From Candidatus Micrarchaeota archaeon (GTDB lineage Archaea; Micrarchaeota; Micrarchaeia; Micrarchaeales; Micrarchaeaceae), in the NCBI GenBank assembly GCA_964390895.1, contig CAYMJD010000001.1:1-36904 (forward strand): 36,904 bases of DNA, written 5' to 3'. The notes below the pieces were generated by a model. The model saw only the letters and a program-made list of their open reading frames with translations, did no database searches and was not told where the DNA came from. The position numbers and the translations under genes are program-made. Below are positions 24,386-32,075 of the stretch, piece after piece (within the stretch, counting starts at the first letter, position 1; each line of letters begins with the position of its first letter).

Positions 24386-25923
24386 TGAAAAACAGGAGAG
24401 GGCTTCTGCTCTCTTTGCTGACGATAGTGCTTTTCATACTTATGCTGGGGGAGCTTTTCACTTACGCAGTAATAGATATAAACTTTTCGCAAATATCGCA
24501 GCAATCAGCAGTGCTCATGGGAGCTGGGAGCTTTGCGCAAACAGTCAACACCGGAATGCAGGGCTTTCTGCAGGCCTCTTTGGACAAAGCAGTGGCGCTC
24601 TATTCGGCAAGCGGCTGCCTGGGAAACTTCACAGCAACAATCAAGGGGATGATCAGCACCGGGAATGTGGGGCCATCATGCACAACACCAACAAACAGCC
24701 TCAGTAGCGCGACACTTTCAAAGTATGTGGGCGCGCTGCAGAACCAGGCTGTGCAGCAGCAGGTCGCTCTCACAATTGCAAACCCCGTCTTGAATGTCTA
24801 TCAATCTACCCCAGCAAGCGTTGCCGCCTCATACAGCGCTTTTGTGACAATAAACTCCGCAGCAGGGACATTCAGCTACCCCCTCAATGTCAAGGCAACA
24901 GCGCAGACCTCCCTCAACATGCTGTCAGTTCCGATAACGCTCACAAACTCGCAGGCTTCTGCACTCCCAGCCAATACCCAGATAACCGTCAGCTTCAACT
25001 CGCAGGCTTATCGCCCATACGAGAAGGCCAACCTAGGGAACATACGCTTCTATTACAATTCAACGGCGCTTTACAGCTGGTGCGAGGCGAACTGCGCAAC
25101 CACCGCAACAAGCAACTCGATTTTCTGGGTCAAGATTCCTGTATCGATAGGCGCCGGCAACAGCCTGGCAATAAACATGTACATGCTGCCAAAGGGCGTT
25201 GATTTCGACAAGGTTTTTGCAGGGGAGGCGCCCCAACTCAGCCCAACATACGCCCAATACGACAACGGCGCAAACGTGTTCGTTGTTTATAATAACGGCC
25301 TGTCGGCCTTTGCAATCAGCCAGACAGGAACTGGAGGCTCCGGCCCCTCTGCAACAGCAAGCGCGCCGTCCCCATACACGTACGCGATAACAGGTTCAGT
25401 AGCCGGTGGGGTTGGTGGCGCAAACACATGGACCATAAACGGCGAGACGGCAACAGCGCTTCCGACCTCATATATAGCGCAGATGCTTGTGCAGACAACA
25501 GGTTCCTCTCCGTTGACTGACATGCTTACAAACTTCCAGGGGGTCTCGGGCCAATTCTACGTGTTCAGGTTTGACATGCGCAGCGCGGACTTTGACCTGA
25601 TCGGCAAGTATCCATCTGGAAGTTCCATCACACTGCCCGTCGCAACCAGCTCTTCCACATCAAGCACAGGAACATGGTACCAGATGACAGCCGTTGACAA
25701 TGCCGATAGCCTCTCACTCTACAAATCCACATCGTTCAGCCTATCAAGCTTCGGCACGCAGGAGGTTGCGCCAACCACTGGGGCAGGCTTTACTGGGGGG
25801 GGCATCGGCGTTACCACAGACGGCGCCGCGTCCACAGGCTACTGGACGATTATACTTGTCAGAGTCTACCCGCCAAGCAACACCATGCCGACTGCAGCAT
25901 TCGGCTCTCCCAGCGTGACATAA
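24376..25923 (+). CDS. pilin-like surface protein with DUF2341-like and beta-sandwich C-terminal region
   Basis: The N-terminus is MAIVKNRRG|LLLSLLTIVLFILMLGELF. The central segment PITLTNSQASALPANTQITVSFNSQAY..ANLGNIRFYYNSTALYSWCEAN....IFWVKIPVSIGAGNSLAINMYMLPKG resembles the DUF2341 signature (D-x-R-F..., WVK-(V/I)-P, i-Y-M-Y-y-G). A 10-nt overlap links it to the upstream gene. Confidence 0.7.
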   Translation: MAIVKNRRGLLLSLLTIVLFILMLGELFTYAVIDINFSQISQQSAVLMGAGSFAQTVNTGMQGFLQASLDKAVALYSASGCLGNFTATIKGMISTGNVGPSCTTPTNSLSSATLSKYVGALQNQAVQQQVALTIANPVLNVYQSTPASVAASYSAFVTINSAAGTFSYPLNVKATAQTSLNMLSVPITLTNSQASALPANTQITVSFNSQAYRPYEKANLGNIRFYYNSTALYSWCEANCATTATSNSIFWVKIPVSIGAGNSLAINMYMLPKGVDFDKVFAGEAPQLSPTYAQYDNGANVFVVYNNGLSAFAISQTGTGGSGPSATASAPSPYTYAITGSVAGGVGGANTWTINGETATALPTSYIAQMLVQTTGSSPLTDMLTNFQGVSGQFYVFRFDMRSADFDLIGKYPSGSSITLPVATSSSTSSTGTWYQMTAVDNADSLSLYKSTSFSLSSFGTQEVAPTTGAGFTGGGIGVTTDGAASTGYWTIILVRVYPPSNTMPTAAFGSPSVT

Positions 25924-25930
25924 TAAGATA

Positions 25931-26920
25931 TCAGAGGGCACCTATGTTCGCGAAGAGCGCGCCTATCACGCTCCCTACCACAACATAGATCAGCAGCCCC
26001 ACGATTATGAAGACAGGCACATACCTCAATCCCTTTACTATGGAGCCGTTCGACATAGCAGACATTATCAGGCTTGAGAACCCTGTTATGATTATTATCG
26101 CGATGATCGAGAAGTTGCCATATTGGCTAACGGTTATCTGCGGCGCTCTGGGCTTGAGAAAAGATAGGCCACTGCTTGGAATGCTCCCCAGGTTCTGCAC
26201 TGATATCTGAGACCACACCTTCGTTGTTATGGTTATCATCTGGCTCGTAAGGCCGTATAGGACAGGGGCGGCTATGATCCCTGCGAACACTATGAATATG
26301 CTGTACATGAGCATCTGGCCCGCTATCTCCTTCTGTGCCATGTGCTGCGCCCTGAGGTCCTTGGAAAGCTGGTTAAGGAGGTCTGCTATTGCCCCGCCAT
26401 ACCTTATGGACTCGGTTATCATGCGCACCGAATGCTGGAGCTGTATGGACCTGTATTTCCTTCCGAGCTCGTTGAGGGCCAGCTCCATCGTCTCTCCGCT
26501 GAAGAGCTTCCTGGCGAGCTCCTTCATGTCCTCACTTAGGGGAGCGAACTCCGGCTTCGCTGCCAGCAGCAGCGACCTGTCAAGCGATATGCCGCTCCTC
26601 AGGTTCGCGGCGGTGAGCATAAAATAGTCAGGCAATATCTCCTCCACCCTCGTTTTCCTCCTGTCTATCCTGTATTCCAGTATGAGGTATATGATTGCGG
26701 CGAACAGGACCCATCCGGTTACTCCCAGGCCGCCGGCGAGCAGTATCTGGACGTGCATGGCGAGCGAGAGGAGCGACGCCACCGCTACGAATATGACTGC
26801 GCCGGGCACCACCATCAATTCCACGAGCTTGTTGATGCTCCATTTAACTCCGGCGAGCGCCATCTCCCCCGAGAGCCTCAACGCGAGATTCCTTGAGACA
26901 AACCTTTCGAAGTTGACCAT
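25931..26920 (-). CDS. type IV filament membrane platform protein, T2SSF domain (TadC/FlaJ-half-like)
   Basis: The 329-aa protein has N-terminal TM segments. Its cytoplasmic T2SSF-like helical domain reads LPDYFMLTAANLRSGISLDRSLLLAAKPEFAPLSEDMKELARKLFSGETMELALNELGRKYRSIQLQHSVRMITESIRYGGAIADLLNQLSKDLR. C-terminal TM segments follow. Confidence 0.8.
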   Translation of the reverse strand: MVNFERFVSRNLALRLSGEMALAGVKWSINKLVELMVVPGAVIFVAVASLLSLAMHVQILLAGGLGVTGWVLFAAIIYLILEYRIDRRKTRVEEILPDYFMLTAANLRSGISLDRSLLLAAKPEFAPLSEDMKELARKLFSGETMELALNELGRKYRSIQLQHSVRMITESIRYGGAIADLLNQLSKDLRAQHMAQKEIAGQMLMYSIFIVFAGIIAAPVLYGLTSQMITITTKVWSQISVQNLGSIPSSGLSFLKPRAPQITVSQYGNFSIIAIIIITGFSSLIMSAMSNGSIVKGLRYVPVFIIVGLLIYVVVGSVIGALFANIGAL

Positions 26921-26924
26921 GGCA

Positions 26925-27977
26925 TCACATCGTGAAAACAGGCCTCGCCGACCTTATGAGCTGCAGGAACACTATCTGCAAGAAGAGTATCCCGACGAGC
27001 ACGGCGTCGAGTATTATCGGAGTTACAGCGAATATGGAGACAAACGTAGTGAGTATCGTTATGACGGCTATCCCCATGCTTGGGAAGATTATGCCGAAGA
27101 GCATGTAGAACATGGCGATCGCGTTGAACCTCTGGCCATACCTCCTCATCTCTATCATGCGCTCCTGCGACAGCTCGTCTATTATGCTCTGCAGCGCAGA
27201 GACTATGTCTGCGCCGGTCTTTATGCTCACGCTCGCCTGGAGCATCAGCCTCTTGAACGAGGCGCTCTTCGATGTCTCCAGTACGTCATCTATCGCATCG
27301 CCAAGCGAGCTCCCCAGTTGCACCTTCTGCACTATCTTCGCGAACTCCTTGCTCGCCTCGCCGTAGCCTGTGCTGACCATGGTTACTGCGTTGAACAAGG
27401 GCATGCCCGACCTCAGTGATATTATCATGTCCCGCGCGGCGAACATTATGTCCCTGTCAATCAGCTTGACTGCGTGCAGCCCCTTCTGCTTGGGGAAATT
27501 GAGGAAGTTGTGCAGCCCGACATAGAATACGCCTATGCCTACGGCGAAGCCGAGTATTATGCTTTCTGGCAGCTCCATCCCGATGCGCATGAACACGATT
27601 ATAAGAGAAAAGCCTACGACGATCGCCAGCGTTATCGAGGCAATCACCATGCGCTTCACGAAGTCATAGAGGCTCTGCCTTATCCCCTGCTCGCGCAGCG
27701 CCACATCGAGCCCCTTCTGCTTTGCGCCCAAGCTCTCTATGTAGAGCCTGAAGCGGGTCGGCCTCTTCGGGGTTCGTTCTGTTATCTGCTGCGCGGTCTT
27801 CTCCTCCACCTGCGATAGAAGGGGTTTCTGCTGGGTTCCATGCTGCGCATCGCCCCCCTTTTGCTGCTGAGCCTCCGCCTTTTCCCCCTTCTTGAAGAAC
27901 GAGAACCTGTTCGGCTTGGGCTCGAGCTCTATGGTTTTGCCGTCGACCTCTATTGTCCTCTTCTTTTTGTTGAACAC
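26925..27977 (-). CDS. type IV filament membrane platform protein, T2SSF domain (TadB/FlaJ-half-like)
   Basis: The 350-aa protein has TM segments flanking a T2SSF-like domain. That domain reads IMFAARDMIISLRSGMPLFNAVTMVSTGYGEASKEFAKIVQKVQLGSSLGDAIDDVLETSKSASFKRLMLQASVSIKTGADIVSALQSIIDEL. It lies 4 nt upstream of the second platform gene. Confidence 0.8.
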   Translation of the reverse strand: MFNKKKRTIEVDGKTIELEPKPNRFSFFKKGEKAEAQQQKGGDAQHGTQQKPLLSQVEEKTAQQITERTPKRPTRFRLYIESLGAKQKGLDVALREQGIRQSLYDFVKRMVIASITLAIVVGFSLIIVFMRIGMELPESIILGFAVGIGVFYVGLHNFLNFPKQKGLHAVKLIDRDIMFAARDMIISLRSGMPLFNAVTMVSTGYGEASKEFAKIVQKVQLGSSLGDAIDDVLETSKSASFKRLMLQASVSIKTGADIVSALQSIIDELSQERMIEMRRYGQRFNAIAMFYMLFGIIFPSMGIAVITILTTFVSIFAVTPIILDAVLVGILFLQIVFLQLIRSARPVFTM

Positions 27978-27989
27978 TACAATCCCTGC

Positions 27990-28652
27990 TCACATACGGA
28001 GTGCTGCAGCCGCCTCGTCGAGCCTGCTGTTCCTGAGCTCCCAGAGCGCGCTTGCCGGGTCAGGCATCTTGAGCCTTCCCTTTGCATAAAGCTTCCTCTC
28101 TTTCGCTACCATCGCCTTCAATCCGTCAACCTCCTTTTTGATTATGCCGATGTGCTCGTCGTCGAATGCGTTGCTCCCTGCGCCTGTTATTATCTTCTCA
28201 AGCTCGCCTATCTGGTCAGATACTGTGAGGTTGGGTAGCACGAGCTGCTCCTTGCGCTGCTTCTGCGTTTCCCCTCCGAGCTCAAGCTTGGGCATCTTGA
28301 TATGCCCGACGATCTTTGCAAGCTCGTCCCTCGCGCTCTTCGCCTCCTTCTCTATGTACGGCAGCGCGACGCCCATCTTTTTCTGGGCGGTCTGCACGGC
28401 CTGCACGACCTGCTGCTCCCCGGCGAGTGCGCTCTTTTTCGAAGCAGAAGCCTTTTTCGCCTCGAAAGCCGTTATTAGCCTAACGAGCTCCTGGTAGCTG
28501 CGCACCTCTTGTATTTCTTCCTTGGGATCCATCGTCTGACCTATGCCTATCGTGGTGAGCTGGCGCTCGGAGGCCTCAAGCTCAAGCTTCCCTACCTGTT
28601 CGGCGAGCTCTTCATAAGACGGGTTTTGGTCGCCGACCAGCTCATCTGACAT
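27990..28652 (-). CDS. hypothetical coiled-coil protein encoded between the secretion ATPase and the platform genes
   Basis: The 220-aa product is highly charged (E/K/Q/A-rich) with heptad-like sequence and no TM segment or signal peptide. It is tightly packed in the operon, with 20-nt and 12-nt spacers. Confidence 0.6.
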   Translation of the reverse strand: MSDELVGDQNPSYEELAEQVGKLELEASERQLTTIGIGQTMDPKEEIQEVRSYQELVRLITAFEAKKASASKKSALAGEQQVVQAVQTAQKKMGVALPYIEKEAKSARDELAKIVGHIKMPKLELGGETQKQRKEQLVLPNLTVSDQIGELEKIITGAGSNAFDDEHIGIIKKEVDGLKAMVAKERKLYAKGRLKMPDPASALWELRNSRLDEAAAALRM

Positions 28653-28672
28653 ACCTTAAAACCTCTATAAAC

Positions 28673-30181
28673 CTATTTAAACATGTCTGGCGAGAACTTC
28701 TCGTCGCCTTTTACTATGTCCAACACCCTCTTCCTGTCTTTGTAATAATTGGCCACGACGCTGCCAGCGTCGTTGACGGATATTACGTCGTTGTCCGCCA
28801 TCCACGACAGGATCCTGGCCTTGGTCGCAGCGTCGTCCTCTATCTCGTTCTTGGTCAGCCCCCCATAGAGCGTTATTGTTTCTGACAGGTGTATCAAATC
28901 ACCAACCTGGTTGAACCTGTCGGTGCGTATGTCCCAGCGGTAGTTGACGTTCGTGTCGCCGCTCTTCATTATCTCTGCGAACTCGAGTGTCCTCCTTATG
29001 CCCCTCGTCCTGTGCCTGAACTGCACGAGCACGGCGCCGAGCGCGTTGAGGAGAACCTTCGGCATGCCGATGGGTGGGTTGGACATCCTTATTATCGTGT
29101 CGTAGGCGTTGTCAGCGTGCACGGTGCCATAAACAGCATGCCCCGTATGTATGGCCTCGAACATCGTCTCGGCGTCTTTCTGCGTCCTTATCTCCCCTAT
29201 GAGAACTATGTCCGGCCTCTGCCTCAATGCGTTTATCATAAGATCGTAAAGCGTCACCTCTCCCTTGCCCTCCGGGTTCGGCATCCTTGTGAGCATCGGC
29301 ACCCACTGGAAGAAATCAGGCAGCGAAAGCTCCCTCGTTTCCTCTACAGAGATTATCCTCCTCGATGGGTTGAAGAATATGCTCATCGCGTTGAGGAAGC
29401 TGGTCTTCCCGCTTGCGGTGCCCCCTGATATGAGGAGGCTTATCTCGTTCTCTATGCACGTCCACGTCAGCCCTGCCATGAACGGGTCTATCGTGTGGTT
29501 CTTTATCAATGCAGGCATTGTCCAGGGGTTCTTGGCGAACTTCCTGATTGTTATCGTGTTGCCCTTCTGCGACACAGGGAACAGCGTGGCATTGACCCTC
29601 GAGCCGTCGAGCAGCTCGGCGTCCATGAGCGGCACCAGGTTGTTTATCTCACGGCCGACGCCCCTGCCTATCTGCTCCGCTTTGTTGTAAACCTCATCTT
29701 CTGTTGCAGGCTTTATGTTCGTCTTGCACCACGAGAAGTCCCTGTGGAAGACCCATATGTACTCGTTGGAGCTGTTTACCGCAATCTCTTCCAAAGCGTC
29801 GTCGGCAAGCAGCGCCTCCAGGTCTCCCAGCCCGAGCATCATGTTCATTATGTAGGAAATGAGCAGCTTCTTCGCCTCTGCATCTATGCCAGGAAGGTAC
29901 TTGTTGATGAGCATGCTGCTTGCCTCTATGTACTTGTTCTTCATCTCGTCCAGATAGCCAGGGTCGTTTATCCTGTTTGGGTCCATAGGCACTATCGATA
30001 TCAGGTCCCCCCTGAACGACATAAGGAGCAATCTTGTCGCCTGGCTTATCCCCCTGAAAGTCACTTCGTAAAGCGGCGCGAACTCGTCCGTACGCGTGTA
30101 TATGCGCACGTTGACCTCTGTCCCGCGCGCGTTCAGCTTGTAGGTTCCCAATATCCTCGCGTTGTCTTCCCTGTCTTCCAT
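28673..30181 (-). CDS. type II/IV secretion system ATPase (FlaI/TadA/EpdL/VirB11 family)
   Basis: Walker A is LLISGGTASGKTSFLNAM, the Asp box is IISVEETRELSL, Walker B is RPDIVLIGEIR and the His box is TGHAVYGTVHA. The N-terminal domain is FlaI-like. Confidence 0.92.
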   Translation of the reverse strand: MEDREDNARILGTYKLNARGTEVNVRIYTRTDEFAPLYEVTFRGISQATRLLLMSFRGDLISIVPMDPNRINDPGYLDEMKNKYIEASSMLINKYLPGIDAEAKKLLISYIMNMMLGLGDLEALLADDALEEIAVNSSNEYIWVFHRDFSWCKTNIKPATEDEVYNKAEQIGRGVGREINNLVPLMDAELLDGSRVNATLFPVSQKGNTITIRKFAKNPWTMPALIKNHTIDPFMAGLTWTCIENEISLLISGGTASGKTSFLNAMSIFFNPSRRIISVEETRELSLPDFFQWVPMLTRMPNPEGKGEVTLYDLMINALRQRPDIVLIGEIRTQKDAETMFEAIHTGHAVYGTVHADNAYDTIIRMSNPPIGMPKVLLNALGAVLVQFRHRTRGIRRTLEFAEIMKSGDTNVNYRWDIRTDRFNQVGDLIHLSETITLYGGLTKNEIEDDAATKARILSWMADNDVISVNDAGSVVANYYKDRKRVLDIVKGDEKFSPDMFK

Positions 30182-31507
30182 TCAATCAACCTTTTTCCCG
30201 CTGTCCTTCCCCCATAGTTTTCTCTTCCTGGGCTTTTCCTGCCCTTTCTTGACGCCTGTGGCAACCTTACCAATCTTCCTCGTTCCGGTATCTATGCCGC
30301 TCTCCATGTCAACTATGTCTCCCTCTATCGCCCCGGCCTTCTTGGACACGTCGGATATCCTCTTCACGCGCTCCCTGAGCGTCTGCTCCCCCACGTTTAT
30401 GGCCGAAAGATCCTGCTTGAGCTTGCGTATCTGCTCCCTGTCGGCCTGTATCCTCTTCTCTATCTCGGCAGAGCTGCTCTGTATCTCGTAGATCACGTCA
30501 TAGAACTTCGAAGAGTCGCCGAAGGCGTTCTTGAGGTTCGTTATGCCTTCAAGCACTATTGACGAGCTTTGGCCCAGCATCCGCGCACCGTCGGCCATCT
30601 CCTGGTGGCCCTTGGCGTAGGCGTCGTTGAATCTCTTAAGGCTGTCATTGAGCGCTTTCTTCTCCTTCTCCTGCTCCCTCCTGAAACCGTCCACCTCGGC
30701 CAGCACCGCCTTCGCCTCCTTTATCCGCTCCTTTAGGAGCTCTGACGCGCTCCTTATCTCCCTTGTATAGTCGCCTAGCTGCGCAGCGGCGTCGCCCCTC
30801 TGCTTCTCCATGTCCGCGCGTATACGCTTTACCTGTGCATCAAGCTCCGAACGCACCTCGTCGAAGCGCTTGTCCTTGTTTGAACGCATTGTTTCCGAAA
30901 GGGTTTCAAGTTTCTTCGATTCCTCGAATACCTGCTCTACGCGCTTCACAGCGTCGTCCATGCTTCCCGCAAGGCTTCCCGATTCTATGGTGCTTAGCTT
31001 AGCAAGCATCTCCGTGGCCTTCTTGTTGAGCGACTCATAGTCCCTCTCGAGCCCGTCCCTCATGGAGAAAACCGAGCTCTGCTGCTTCTGCACCTGCGCA
31101 TAGATGTTGTTCAATTCGTTGAGCCTGCTCCTTATCTCGGGCATCTTCTCCGAATAGAGCTTGTTCACGTCGCTTCCGCTGGCCTTCAGCGTGTCGAGCT
31201 TGGTGGAGACATCCTGGAGCTTTATGAGGTTCGTCTCAAGCTCGCTGTCGAGCGCCTCCTGCTGTATCTTCAGCCGCGCTTCGGCGCTCTTCGCCTCTCC
31301 GGGAGCGACCTCGCTGGACGACACGTACATCCTTCCCAGCTCGTACGTGATCTTGACGAGACCTCCCTTCTCGAGTATCTTCGACCATTCCTCCACTATG
31401 GTGGGAGGGGTCTTCAAATCCAGAGCTATCGCATTGAGCTCCAGCCTGCCCTTCTCGCTGAGCAGCTCAAGCAACGAATCGATCGTGGTTCTCTGCTCAT
31501 CCGCCAT
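30182..31507 (-). CDS. hypothetical protein: N-terminal winged-helix-like domain plus about 350-aa coiled coil, first gene of the ATPase operon
   Basis: The N-terminus is MADEQRTTIDSLLELLSEKGRLELNAIALDLKTPPTIVEEWSKILEKGGLVKITYELGRMYV (wHTH-like). A long E/K/L/S-rich heptad sequence follows, then a basic tail (KKGQEKPRKRKLWGK). The stop abuts the ATPase start codon. I chose the start at 31507; the track start 31579 adds a Cys/basic-rich 24-aa extension. Confidence 0.65.
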   Translation of the reverse strand: MADEQRTTIDSLLELLSEKGRLELNAIALDLKTPPTIVEEWSKILEKGGLVKITYELGRMYVSSSEVAPGEAKSAEARLKIQQEALDSELETNLIKLQDVSTKLDTLKASGSDVNKLYSEKMPEIRSRLNELNNIYAQVQKQQSSVFSMRDGLERDYESLNKKATEMLAKLSTIESGSLAGSMDDAVKRVEQVFEESKKLETLSETMRSNKDKRFDEVRSELDAQVKRIRADMEKQRGDAAAQLGDYTREIRSASELLKERIKEAKAVLAEVDGFRREQEKEKKALNDSLKRFNDAYAKGHQEMADGARMLGQSSSIVLEGITNLKNAFGDSSKFYDVIYEIQSSSAEIEKRIQADREQIRKLKQDLSAINVGEQTLRERVKRISDVSKKAGAIEGDIVDMESGIDTGTRKIGKVATGVKKGQEKPRKRKLWGKDSGKKVD

Positions 31508-31678
31508 GAATACACACTTTATACATAACCTAACAACTTTTTTAGCCCTTTGTATTGCCCGCATAGAGGAAAATTGCAAGGATTAATGGTGGCGCATCTG
31601 CCTCCCCCAGATGGCTCCCGAAAGGCATCCAAATAACAGAGGGTATCCTTTGTAGCATAGCCTTAAATAAGTTTTGTG

Positions 31679-31692
31679 GTTTAATATTAAAC
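31679..31692. promoter_or_regulatory. perfect 14-bp palindrome gtttaatattaaac in the padR promoter; candidate combined TATA box and PadR operator
   Basis: The palindrome lies 18-27 nt upstream of the padR start candidates. It is embedded in a larger dyad, ggtttaa (31678-31684) ... ttaaacc (31703-31709), with a second TTTAAT copy at 31696-31701. Confidence 0.45.
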
Positions 31693-31709
31693 TAGTTTAA
31701 TCTTAAACC

Positions 31710-32075
31710 GTGAGCGTGATGGAAAAGACAAGCGCGGAGATGAAGGACTTCATAACCAAGGAGGTGCGCCACGCTGTGCTGAAGGTGGTGCTCCTGAAAA
31801 GGATACAGCGCAAAAAGAGCTATTCCTACCAGCTCTTCAAGGACATATGCGAGCACCACAGGTTCTCGGGCCCAGACAAGGCAGACATGAAGAACGACGT
31901 ATACAACACCATAAGCTCGCTCGAGAATTCTGGATACATAAAGGCGAGCGTGGAGACAGAAGCGAACAGGGTGAAGAAGTATTACAGGATAACAAAAAAA
32001 GGGGAAAGGGCGCTCCTCGAAACGCAGAAGATATTCAAGAATGCTGTAAAGGAGATATCAAGGCAGCTCTCCTGA
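31710..32075 (+). CDS. PadR-family transcriptional regulator
   Basis: SYSYQLFKDI....DVYNTISSLENSGYIKASVETEANRVKKYYRITKKGERALLE is the characteristic PadR winged-helix pattern. The start is GTG 31710 or ATG 31719. Confidence 0.8.
   Translation: MSVMEKTSAEMKDFITKEVRHAVLKVVLLKRIQRKKSYSYQLFKDICEHHRFSGPDKADMKNDVYNTISSLENSGYIKASVETEANRVKKYYRITKKGERALLETQKIFKNAVKEISRQLS

Noticed and set aside
26682-27419. 245-aa plus-strand ORF antisense to the platform genes, and similar ORFs 27474..27818, 27840..28238, 28889..29428 and 29495..30217
   Set aside because: All lie antisense to minus-strand genes with strong T2SSF or T2SSE motifs. Their products are His/Tyr/Arg/Leu-rich, a composition typical of reverse-frame artefacts.
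25931-31507. Archaellum (fla/arl) operon
   Set aside because: The FlaI-like ATPase and FlaJ-like platform are shared with all archaeal type IV filaments. There is no FlaH (KaiC-like), FlaF/FlaG or FlaC/D/E homologue and no archaellin-like gene, and the platform is split in two as in Epd/Tad systems.
31847-32074. N-terminal 76-aa extension of the ABC ATPase ORF overlapping padR in another frame
   Set aside because: The extension is Arg/Gly/Glu-rich junk, whereas padR in the other frame has the PadR signature. A start at ATG 32075 gives a normal distance to the Walker A motif.
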